Assembly: GCF_030684315.1 (NCBI RefSeq)
Contig: NC_081378.1
Span: forward strand, 16,484,575 to 16,548,574
DNA from: Stegostoma tigrinum
Lineage: Eukaryota
Reading direction: 5' to 3'
DNA length: 64,000 nucleotides
Shown: in pieces, positions 14,320-45,212 of the stretch
Numbering within the stretch: position 1 is the first letter of the stretch
Layout: every line of letters starts with the position of its first letter
The notes under the pieces: model-generated
Seen by the model: only the letters and a program-made list of their open reading frames with translations
What the model was told of the DNA's origin: nothing
Databases searched by the model: none
Position numbers and translations under genes: made by a program

Positions 14320-14385
14320 CACACCGCCCCTCCCCCCCACTTTTATAAGCACCGCGCATGTGCTACCACCGACGCCTCGGCGCAG
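14320..14385 (-). promoter_or_regulatory. TATA-containing CpG-rich promoter
   Basis: TATAAAA (minus) 14347-14341; GC box 14323-14328; NRF1-like GCGCATGTGC 14354-14363. Confidence 0.6.
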
Positions 14386-14400
14386 TATCTTCTGGGAGCT

Positions 14401-14582
14401 GAGATAACAAGGTTGCAAGAGCTGGATGAATACAGTTCGCCAAGCAGCGTTTCTGAAGAAGGGTCTAGGCCCGAAATGTCAGACTTCCTGCTTCTCTGAT
14501 GCTGCTTGGCCTGATGTGTTCAGCCAGCTCTACACCTTGTTATCTCAGATTCTCCAGCATCTGCGGTTCCTACCATTTCTGA
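14401..14582. mobile_element. Miniature fold-back PLE end with hammerhead motif
   Basis: gagataacaagg...ccttgttatctc inverted arms plus tail. Confidence 0.8.
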
Positions 14583-15025
14583 AACAATCTTCAGGGTGCT
14601 GCAGTTCACCGCGGTGTTTTCTGGGAGTTGTAGTCCCTCCACCTCCTTCCTCCTGTTCCGGAGCGAGTCAAAAAGACTACAACCGTAGATAATAAAATGT
14701 GAGGCTGGATGAACACAGCAGACCCAGCAGCATGTCAGGAGCACTGGGCTGTATCTGCATCTTAAGTGCTGAAAACATTTTGTACGATCCTTCCTCAGAA
14801 CTGATAGCAGCTAAGGCAGGATGGTATATGTTGTAGGTAAAATAATACCAAATAACACTTAATCGTGAGTCAAACAATTTATTTAACAGAAGCTTTGGGG
14901 AGAAGCAGGGTGTGTGCAGAAGACGGAACAGGAAGGGGCATTTGGGTTTCTTTGGGTCGGCCCGTGGATACGATGGGCCGAATGGCCCCCTCTACAGCGC
15001 TGCAACATACCTACGGTTGTATCAG

Positions 15026-15181
15026 TGATAATGGGAACTGCAGATGCTGGAGAATCCAAGATAATAAAATGTGAGGCTGGATGAACACAGCAGGCCCAGC
15101 AGCATGTCAGGAGCACAAAAGCTGTGCTCCTGAGATGCTGCTGGGCCTGCTGTGTTCATCCAGCCTCACATTTTATTATCT
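15026..15181. mobile_element. Miniature near-perfect fold-back PLE end
   Basis: agataataaaatgtgaggctggatgaacacagcaggccc... and its reverse complement ending attttattatct. Confidence 0.85.
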
Positions 15182-15277
15182 CAGCCCAGTTGCAGGTGGT
15201 TTGATTCCCATTTGGGAGTTCCTTTTTGTCGTGCGTCAAATTTGTTAAAACGCCTGGAGAAAAACGATTAAAATACG

Positions 15278-15313
15278 GTTCTGAGGAATGGTCACCGGAA
15301 CCGAAACGTTAAC
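15278..15313 (+). ncRNA. Minimal hammerhead variant with GUU cleavage triplet
   Basis: GUU-CUGAGGA-AU-GGU(CACCGGA)ACC-GAAAC-GUU-AAC. Confidence 0.6.
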
Positions 15314-17349
15314 TCTGATTTGTTTTGTCTTCACAGATGTCGCCAGACCTGCTGAGCTTTTCCAGCAACTCCTGTTTTCGTTGCTGATTTACAGGATCCG
15401 CAGTTCTTTCGGTTTTTAAACAAGACTAATTGGGCAATTTTTTGTTGCAATCACCGAAAGAACAAGTTTGGAAAACTGCAAATCATAAATTAAAACAGAA
15501 ACGTGATGGAAATTCACAACAGCTGGATCAGGTTCGGGAGGGTAAATGATATGATTCCAAACTGCATGTAAGCGGAAAAGAATGACTACACAAAGGTTTC
15601 GTAAAAATCCTAAATATCCAGATTCTTTCTAGTGATTTATTGACTGTAAATTCCTATGTCTTCACTTATAATAGACTGCCCACGCAAGGCACTGCATAAT
15701 CATACAATTTAAAAAGGGACTATTCGGTCAATCGTGCGTGCTGTTTGAAAGGTCTATTCAATTGGTTCCACTTCCTTGATCATCGACCACAACCTTACAA
15801 AATTATTCCTTTGAAGGGTCCAGGTCCGAAACGTCAGCTTTTGTGCTCCTGAGATGCTGCTTGGCCTACTGTGTTCATCCACCTTCACACTTTGTTATCA
15901 TGTATCCAATTCCTCTTTGTTAGTTCCGGTTAGTCTAGGGTTTGCCATCAATGAACTCATGCCAGTGTCTAACCTCGTAGAAAGCTGTCAGCATAAAGCT
16001 TGTGATTTACGTGGCACATATCTCTTGTTTTCCTTTTGCCAAAAATCCAGTGCCAAGAGATTCATCGGCCGTATTCCAGTAGTAACGTCAGTGAGCAAGT
16101 AGCCTATCACATTTACGTATTCTCACAGCGCTACACCGCTTTTTCCTTAGTGTTTTTAAGACAAAATAAATTATAATTAGATCATAAATATTTTATTTAT
16201 ATAAAACCTTTGTAAAAATGTTATTTTTCATTATGCAAACTGATATTGTTATCGTTGAAATGAATACACCATTTGTTCATCCAACAAGCTGGCAGCAGAA
16301 GAACGTAGGTCCATCAATACAACTTAATTTTGCACTGATTGCGGTTTCAGCATCCTTCAACTATATACACATACCGAAATTAACCTGTGTTTTCAGCATT
16401 CTTCCATGACTGCACATTCTATAAGTTGGCTCTAAGTTTCATTGGAGCAAATGTTTACATTATCATTAAAATCTGCCTTATTGTATGCTTCTCAGGTTGT
16501 TCATTCTAGATTGTAGCAAGTCACCATCAGAGGGGGCAAAATTGATACCAAATATTTTTAAATATTTTAATTGTATCCAAATAATAACCCATAGAATATC
16601 AACTTCTGGGTTGTCTATACTTCTAAAGTTCAGGGCCATCTTTCCTAGTCTCTCAACTTCCTAGTCATAGCTCACCCTCTCAATCCACTATTCAGCCAGC
16701 CCTGTCTCAAAATTCTCATGAGGATCTCTGCCTCCCGAGGTATTTACCCCTTCAGAAACATCCTCAAAAGATTTTCCTTTTCAACTATACTTTTTGCCTC
16801 CTGACACTTTATTTGTTCTCCACATTTTACAGTAAAATTATCCTGAAAACTGGTTGGCTTGGCTGAATGGCTGGTTTGCGATGCAGAGTGCTCATAGAAT
16901 CCCAACAGTGTGGAAGCAGGCCATTCAGTCCACAAATCCATACCAACTCTCCAGAAAGAATCCCACCTCAATCCAACCCCCTGCCACCCTATTCCCATAA
17001 CCCCATACTTCCCATGGCTAACCTACCTACCCTACACATCCCTGGACACTATCAGCAATTCAGCTTGGCCAATCCACCTAACCTTGGGGAGGAAACCGGA
17101 GGATCCAGAGGAAATTCATACAGAAATAGAGAACGTGCAACCTCCTTACAGTCACCAAAGATGGAATTGAATCTGGGTCCCTGCTGCTGCAGGACACCGT
17201 ACTGCCCTCATGCCAGTAGCAATAGGTTCACTTCCTGCACTGACCGAGGCTAACAGCCACCAATTATCTCTCTCTCTAATAAGAGAGCAGACCTACAGTT
17301 TGGTAAGATAATGACAACTTCAGCTTTAAGTAGCACTCTGCTCATGCAC

Positions 17350-18680
17350 TTTTAGAACACAGAATAGTACTGCACAGAAATGAGCTCTTTGGGCCATGGT
17401 GTTGTACTGAACATGACAAAAAAAATTAAACCCAACCTTTCTCCCTGCCCATATCCCTCCATTTCATATGCATGTGCTTATCTAAAAATCCCACAAACAT
17501 CTCTAACATACCTGCCCATACAACCATCCTTGGCAGTGCATTCCAGACTCCTACCACGCTCTGCATAAAAAAATTGCCCCCTCTCACTTTATGACCCCTT
17601 GTATAGACGTTTCAACTCTGTGGAAAAGATTGGTACCATCAACCCAGTCTCTGCATCTCATAATTTGATAGACTTTATCAATTCTCCCCTCAACCTCTAC
17701 CACTCCAGAAAACAGCCCGTGTGTTGCTAGCCTCTCCTGATAGCTCATACCCTCTAATCCAGACAGCATCCTGGTAAACCTCTTCTGCACTCTCTCCAAA
17801 GTCTCTGCATCCTTTTTGTAATGTGGCAACCAGAATTGAATGCAAACTCCAAGTAAGGCCTAACCAAAGTCTCATAAACCTACAACATGGGATCCTGACT
17901 CTCATACTCAATTCCCTGACTAATAAACGCAAACATGGCATACACCTTCTTTACTCCCCTAACCAACTTTCAAAGGACTATAGACTTGAACCCCAAGATC
18001 TCTCTGCACATCAATGCTGTCCAGGGTCCAATCATTAACTGTATACCCTTCCTTAATATTTGATCTCCCAAAATGCAGCACCTCATACTTAGCCAGATTA
18101 AACTCCATCTGTCATTTTTTGCCATATCTGAAACTGATCTGTAGCCTGTTGTATCCTTTGCCATCCTTCTACACTCTCCAAACTCCAACCTTTGTATCGT
18201 CAGCAAACTTACTAATCCATCCATCTCCATTTTCATTCCATATATCACGAACAGCAAAGGTCCTAATACAGATCCCTGCAGAATGCCATGAGTCACAGAC
18301 CTTCAGCCAGAAAAAACACCCTTTCACTACTACCCTCTGGCTTGCCCACGGAAGGCAATTCTTAGGCCAAGCAGCCAAGTCAGCGTATCCCATTCATCTT
18401 AATCTTCTGAATTAGCCTACCAGAATGGACCTTGTCAAAAGTCCTACTAAAATCTACGTCGAAAACATCCGCTGCTCTGCCCTCATCGGACACCTTTGTC
18501 ACCTCATCAAAAAAATTCAATCAACTTAGTAAGGCATGATCTTCCCCACACAAAGCCATGTTGACTGTCCCAAATGTACATAAATCTTAAGAATTCTTTC
18601 CAACCACCAACAGGAGACTTGCCAAACTATAGTTTCCTGGATTATCCCTATTTCCCTTCTTGAACAGAGGAAATTTACTG
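17350..18680 (-). mobile_element. CR1 LINE 3' fragment
   Basis: QGSVLGPLLFVIY, ISKFADDTK, LERVQKRFTRML in broken frames. Confidence 0.9.
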
Positions 18681-19539
18681 GTCATCAGCATTCAATCTTT
18701 TAATGATTTCTCACAGCACAGATTTTTTCCAACCCCCATTCTAGTAGATTCATCGGTTCAAGGTTAGGTCCCATACGTCTTTTTTTTCCCTGGGGAAAAA
18801 GTACCACTTTGGTTGTATTGCTGGCGCTCCCAGTTCCCAGCCCATGGCTTGTAGTACATCCAAGCCCTACGACAACCTGGAACATGGTCACACAGGCTGA
18901 TAATTATAGTATTTAGAGTGCAAAAGAATAAGGGTCGTTTACTGGTTGCTCAGACAGATGTGCAAAAGATTCCCTGAAAATAGGAAGTCCACCTTATGGC
19001 CCACGCTGTTTCTCATCAAAATCAAGTAATTCTCAGACTTTTCACACCATTTCAGTATTGGTTTCAGTGAATCAAATACATTAACATTTTACTCTTAAAT
19101 ACTGGAACAATCAATGCCTAAACATAAAATGATGTGAATGATGCCAAAACATGAAGACAATATTTTAAAATTGTGCATTCTCCACTTTATTGGATCTGAC
19201 TCTTGCCCTGATGAACTGAACAGTGAGATGAAAAAGATTGAGTGGGTGCTGATTGATTGTAACAGCTATGACAGGATTGTTTCAAGATCTATTATTACAT
19301 GGTAAGTTCATGAGCTGAATTGCTGTCAGTGTATTTACCAAAGATTAGGCAGAGTCGAATGAGAATATTCTGCTTCTGGAATGTAGTGTTCTAAATGCAG
19401 CACTCCATAGTGAATGAGGTGAAGCTTCTCCATTCTTCCACTCCAACAGCAGTCTGCTATTTGAAGACACAGTCCTTTGCCACGCACAGTTTGGGGCAGG
19501 CCTCAATTAAATGCAGAAGGAGAAGACAGAGGAGGACAG

Positions 19540-19840
19540 ACATATGTTTCCGATAGGCAGGGAGACTAGGACCCACGGGCACAGCCTTATAATTACAGGG
19601 GGTAAATTTAAAATGGAAATGAGACAACATTTCTTGTGGAATTCATTGCCACAGAGTGCAGTGGAGGCTGGGACATTAGATGCCTTCAAGGCAGAAATTG
19701 ACAAATTCTTGATCTCACAAGGAATCGAGGGCTACAGGGAGAGTGTAGGGAAGTGGAATTGAGATGCCCATGAGCCATGATTTAAATGGCAGAGTGGACT
19801 TGATGGGCCGAATGGCCTTACTTCCACTCCTATGTCTTAT
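19540..19840 (+). mobile_element. CR1 LINE 3' end, same subfamily as 7625-7968; other short CR1 pieces at ~27730-28350, 32690-33200, 44370-44700, 47780-48160
   Basis: LWNSLPQSAVEAGTLDAFKAEIDKFL and 3' UTR. Confidence 0.85.
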
Positions 19841-21743
19841 GAATATCTGCAAATTATTGCAAATCAGTGCAATAATTACAAGTATAGGGAGAAATCAGAA
19901 TAGTTCCATTACATTATAAAATTCCAAAGTCAGTATCTGTAGTGCCCCAAAATCAATGGATCCTGTATTTCAATTCCACTTTCGCATCTTTTAGAAAAAG
20001 AAAGAAAGACAGCAGTCTCTTCAAGACAAATGCTATCAGTATCAAATCTAATATTATGTTATTCAGCCACACTTAACAACTTCACCATTAGATACACAGT
20101 AATGTTGAGTGCCCCATCAGAATCTTCTAGACCAGGCATGACAAGGATAAATATAAAAAAGGTCCATTCGCTCCTTAGTCACAATCTCTGTAGTGTCCAC
20201 TGTCACCCCAGAACTATTTTTCCCATGCATTTCCTATTTTTGCCACTCATTCCTCCTGTCCCTGGGAGAACAGTAAAAACTATCCTATTCCACCCTCTTT
20301 CCATTGAGACATTGGATTCAAAATTTTACCGCGTTCTCTCCTCATAGATGCCGGACTTGCAGATTTCTTCAGTAGTTTGCTTTTATTTCAAATCTCCACC
20401 ATCCACACTATTTTGCTTTTATGAGCCATTCCAATGTTTCAACTAATCAGGGAAGTGCTGCTCAACATGGAGAGGAGGGAAGGGCACAAACTTTCTTTAA
20501 ATACAGCAACATACTGGTGATCCTGGTTTTGATGGCTTAATCTAAGAACTGATTGAAGATCATAATGCAGAATTATTTGAACTTGCTCTGTAGTATTACA
20601 AAGTTGTACATTCATCACCAAAGGATGAGAAAGCGTGCAGGGAAAGAGCACAATTCTGAGGTGTGGGTCTAGCACTTTGAAGACTTCTTTCAGAGTAAAC
20701 TACCTTTCATTTTGGGGATTGACAGGAAGTCTTCAGCAACACCAGACGAACCACTCCTCACAAAACCAACAACGTTGAAGTGGAGAGGACAAGTTCTGCA
20801 CTGGCAATTCAGACCTACTGGGAGTAGACAGACGCAGCCCACATTAAATTCATAGGACCCTTACAGTACAGTAGATTACATTCATCACAACAGTTTGAAA
20901 TGATTACAGAGCTGAGTTTGCATTAACTGTTTACCTTTTCTCATCAGCACTCTAGTAAACCTGATCAGCCTCTTGTTTTCACTTATTTTTCATTCTTAGG
21001 CATTTATAAGTGGAAACATCTTGACAAATTGTCCCATCATCTCAAATGATTCCTACAGTACTTGTAACCAGGCTGTTCAGTGTGTAAAAATCTGAATAAA
21101 AGAGTTTCAGCATGGTTTGTGTTAACATCATTAATCTAAAAACATAAGATTAGTGACATGACCCAGGGCAGTGGCACCATTAGTCCAGCTGTTTTATGCA
21201 TCTGTGCATTTATAGAGCAGTAGAGAAAACACAAGTTCTGTCACTCCTACCCTCAGATGCTCTATATGACAGGCCCTTTGCCCAAACAGAAATACCAAAG
21301 CTGACAGGAGTTGATGGTTTTCTTTCATAACGAATGCAGCACTATTTTGCTACTTCACATAAGGCTTTGAAGAATATGAAAATTACACACTTCCACTGGT
21401 TACTATAAAAAGGAGTCTTTTCCATCAAAATATTAGAAAAGATAAACACTTTAGTTTTGAAAAATTAAAATTAATTCAGTATTGAAGCAGCTGCATGGCA
21501 GCCAAACAGATATGCAGTGAGCACACATCCTCAGCAGAGTCACAGGGCAAAATGTAATGTTGGCTTCAAAGTTTCTGGTCCAGGACCATGCATTTCTGCC
21601 AGTTGTCAGTATAAGAAAGATCAAAAAAGAGAGAGATGGTGGTGTGCGGGGTTGTAGGAGTGAAACGAGGGACCAAAATCCTGAATCTGTTCAATTTCTG
21701 TACAAAATCAAATATTTGCAGTTATATCTCCTGGCAATGTTCC

Positions 21744-41326
<19,583 letters not shown>

Positions 41327-41399
41327 CTAACACTTTAACATTCTCGGGGAAATCCAAACTCACAAAAGCACGAGATGCGAGGGACTAAAAATCCCTCAG

Positions 41400-41640
41400 G
41401 ATTACCCTCCCGCCTCTCTTTGTCTTCTACTTACTTTCTCTTTCCCCTCCTCCCTGATCTACCGCCACCGGAAATTGAATTACTTACTTCCGTTCACGGA
41501 CACCGAACCTGACGTCAGGGGAAACGTGTTGAATAAACGCGGGAACTTTAACACGTGTTCCCCTAAACCTTGACCCTCCCCCCTCCAAAACCGGCCCGGA
41601 CACAACCCACTATCCCTTGACCCCCGACGTCACTTGGACA
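41400..41640 (-). promoter_or_regulatory. TMEM209 CpG-rich promoter and probable non-coding first exon
   Basis: CpG-rich; ETS cores CCGGAA 41468-41473 and CTTCCG 41487-41492; palindromic CRE TGACGTCA 41510-41517; CACGTG 41552-41557; candidate minus-strand donor GTAAGT at 41434-41429. Confidence 0.7.
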
Positions 41641-41692
41641 CACCTACTGACCTTTCCGCCCCCTCCCCAACCCCAAAACAGACCCTTAGACC

Positions 41693-42558
41693 TTCCCCTG
41701 CAACCGCAGGAAATGCTACACTTGCCCCCACACCTCCTCCCTCACCCCCATCCCAGGCCCCAAGATGACATTCCACATTAAGCAGAGGTTCACCTGCACA
41801 TCTGCCAATGTGGTATACTGCATCCACTGTACCCGGTGTGGCTTCCTCGACATTGGGGAAACCAAGCGGAGGCTTGGGGACCGCTTTGCAGAACAGCTCC
41901 GCTCGGTTCGCAATAAACAACTGCACTTCCCAGTCGCAAACCATTTCCACTCCCCCTCCCATTCTTTAGATGACATGTCCATCATGGGCCTCCTGCAGTG
42001 CCACAATGATGCCACCCGAAGGTTGCAGGAACAGCAACTCATATTCCGCTTGGGAACCCTGCAGCCCAATGGTATCAATGTGGACTTCACCAGCTTCAAA
42101 ATCTCCCCTTCCCCCACCGCATCCCAAAACCAGCCCAGTTCTTCCCCTCCCCCCACTGCACCACACAACCAGCCCAGCTCTTCCCCTCCACCCACTGCAT
42201 CCCAAAACCAGTCCAACCTGTCTCTGCCTCCCTAACCTGTTCTTCCTCTCACCCATCCCTTCCTCCCACCCCAAGCCGCACCTCCATCTCCTACCTACTA
42301 ACCTCATCCCACCTCCTTGACCTGTCCGTCTTCCCTGGACTGACCTATCCCCTCCCTACCTCCCCACCTGTACTCTCCTCTCCACCTATCTTCTTTTCTC
42401 TCCATCTTCGGTCCGCCTCCCCCTCTCTCCCTATTTATTCCAGAACTCTCACCCCATCCCCCTCTCTGATGAAGGGTCTAGGCCTGAAACGTCAGCTTTT
42501 GTGCTCCTGAGATGCTGCTGGGCCTGCTGTGTTCATCCAGCCTCACATTTTATTATCT
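41693..42558 (+). mobile_element. 5'-truncated copy of the same PLE family (GIY-YIG + pLTR), no inversion
   Basis: Near-identical to 50728-51589; candidate TSD CTTAGACC at 41685-41692 and 42557-42564. Confidence 0.92.
42464..42495 (+). ncRNA. Minimal type I hammerhead ribozyme
   Basis: CU-CUGAUGA-A-GGG(UCUAGG)CCU-GAAAC-GUC-AG. Confidence 0.75.
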
Positions 42559-42800
42559 TAGACCCACCCACTGCTCCCTGGACACACCCACTGACCCTTA
42601 GACTCACCCACTGTTCCCTGGACACACTCACTGACCCTTACACCCACCCACTGCTCCCTGGACACACCCACTGACTCTGAGACTCACCACTTATCTCTAG
42701 ACCATCTCCTGACCCTTGACCCACTCCCTGACCCTTGAATTACCCACTTCCCCTTGGACCCACCCTTGAACCGACCACATTTGACCCACCCACTGCTGCT
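42559..42800 (+). repeat. Minisatellite, ~20-bp unit with 40-bp dimer; continues degenerately at ~41595-41692
   Basis: gacccacccactgctccctg / gacacacccactgaccctta alternation. Confidence 0.85.
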
Positions 42801-45082
42801 GCCTTCTTCCTCACTAGAGATTGCTCCCCTTTGTTCCAAGGTCATTGTGTCAATACTCAGATGATTTAAGACAAAGATTGTGTTCTGAATGGTTTGTCAC
42901 TAGTGTTGAACAACTGCCATCCACTGTGAGGAAGTGAGGTAGCTTCTGGAGGAAAGGAGCAGTCAATATTTTGGGTATTACCCTTCTTCAGGACTGGCAA
43001 TACTCAAAATGTTCACTGCTCCTCTCCTCCAGATGCTGCCTGGCCATGCTGTGTTCTTCCAGCCTCCTGCTTGCCTATCTTGGCTTCGAGCATCTGCAGT
43101 TTTTTGTTTGTCTCCATCCAATGTAAGGAGTCTGTTTCTTTAGAATTAGCTTTTCCATGAATGGGCTAATATATTTGGTGCCTTTGGAATAAAGGATAAC
43201 TGAGCCAAAACCTTGGTGCATTCCATATGTTTTTCCTGCATTACATTTGGAAAATCATAGTCAACATATCCACTGCATCTGCAGTTAGAACTTTAGCATG
43301 TAGGCCATCAGATCCTGCTGATTTATCAGCTGTTAGTTCCTTGAGCCTTTCCAACACTTGTTCTTAGTTCAATCCTCATCATGGCTTTGATTCAATAACA
43401 GATGCAAGAGCTCAATAAAAGAGAGAGGAGAGTAATGACCTGAGGAAGAAATTGACCAGGTACCTCATCAAGTAGTCCTGAGAAAAATTAGGTCAATGGG
43501 GTTTAAGAGATAAACCCTCTAATGGCAGGGATCAAACAGGAAACTGAAGAAGGTGACCTTGGTTGTCCAAAGTTAATCATAGGAACACTGTAAACTGGAG
43601 GAAACCATTCAGTTCAGAGTGATACCAACATGGTAGTGTAATACTGACATAGTGGGTTCAATTCCCACACTGTCTGAGGTTACCATGAAAGGAAAACCAA
43701 AGAACTGCTGATGCTGGAAATCAGAAACAAGATCAGACACTGTTGGAAAAACTCAGCAGGTCTGGCAGCATTTGTGGAAACAAAGCAGATTTAACATTTA
43801 GTGCCCAGTGACCCTTCTATTCCACAGATACAGCCACACCTGCTGAGTTTTTTTCTGATTTTGTTAGCATGAAGGATCCTCTTTCTCAACTCATCCCCTC
43901 ACGAGAGGCATGGTGATCTTCAGGTTAAATCACCCACAAGTCATTTCTCTCTAAAGAGCAGTAACCCTACGGTTTGATAGGATTTTGGTGACCTTACCTG
44001 AAACCCTTTAGCTTCAGTACTTCAATTCTACTAACCTACCATTGCTGAACAACCTCTAATAACAAAAACTTATCAATCTTTATTTTAAACCTTTCAATTT
44101 ACCTGGAACAGACGATCATTTAAGGGAGCAAGTTCAAGGTTATTAGCTTTTTGATTACTTTTTGCACCAGATTTTAGTGATTAATGTACGTAGATGCCTG
44201 AATAAATTTGATCCTACATGGTTTCCAGTCTCTCTAATGAAGAAAATCTTACAATTTGCCTTTCTTGGATCCAAAACAGATGAGTGCAAAATGTCCTGTC
44301 TTGAGCCCCACTCATCGCAGTTTTGCGCACCCACTCTGCCTGTTGATGCTGCTTTGTAAGCCTGCTGCCATCCACATCATTGTTACAATGGGATACTTCA
44401 GTGAGAACGTGATGCTTCACTTACACAGAACCTTGTTCAGGCCTTATGTGGATGAATTGCATTCAGTTTTGGGCACTGCACATCGAGAAGGATAAATTGG
44501 CCTTGGAGTCAATGCAGTGGAAATTCAGCAAATTAACACAATAGTTTAAGGGATTATAAGGCCAAGATGTATTAACTTGATTTGTATTCTGTTAAGTATA
44601 GAGGGGTTTCATTGCAAAACCATTGAGATGAATCGAGGTATTTACAATGATAAAGGAATTCTGTGCAGGAGTTACTAAGAAACTATTTCCTCTCCTTGAA
44701 AAGAAAACTGTTAAAGATGAAATTGGATCACTTAATGTGAAACAGGTTTTGACATTGATCTGAAGAGTGCAATAACACACCAGCTTACTAAACTATCTGT
44801 TCATTTCCTCTCACTCACCATCCCTAACCCCAAAAGTAAGCATCAGAAAGAAAATGGCATGGAATTACTTGGTTGATTTGGAAATCATTAATACGCAGTT
44901 CTTCCATACTTCAATTTATTTGTACATTGTCAAGATATGAAGAGGGATATGTTTTTATTCACAACCATCAGGAGTTTTCTGGAAAAACAAACAAGGTTTT
45001 GGTATAAACAGCTTCAATTTGCGTGGGAAATATTCCACCATTCTGCTGATTAATCTTGGTCATTAATCTTTGGTTCGAGTCA

Positions 45083-45112
45083 TCCACTTGGCATTTCTCA
45101 CTCTTTAAATAG
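45083..45112 (+). promoter_or_regulatory. CPA core promoter: TATA-like TTTAAATA with upstream E-box/TC-box-like element
   Basis: cacttg-gca-tttctca then ctctTTAAATAg about 40 nt before the ATG; only an imperfect match to the bipartite PTF1 site of acinar enzyme genes. Confidence 0.45.
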
Positions 45113-45147
45113 TCCTGGCATGTTTCACCTTTCCACAAGGCTTCACC

Positions 45148-45212
45148 ATGAGAACCCATTTCATTTTCCTGTCTCTGCTGGTGGCTGTTTATGCTGAGAG
45201 TGAGTTTGAAGG
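45148..45212 (+). CDS. CPA2: CPA exon 1 (signal peptide)
   Basis: [22 protein letters not shown]; caccATGa context; gtgagt donor. Confidence 0.92.

Noticed and set aside
18805-19310. Possible exons (minus 18810-18896; plus ORF ending at a GTAAGT near 19302)
   Set aside because: No recognisable protein and no consistent exon chain.
41630-42320. Several overlapping long ORFs on both strands (also 50333-51341 and 56766-57482)
   Set aside because: Shadow ORFs of the C-rich PLE sequence; only the RT/GIY-YIG frame is meaningful.
42559-42700. Regularly spaced repeats suggestive of a CRISPR array
   Set aside because: Tandem minisatellite without unique spacers in a vertebrate genome.
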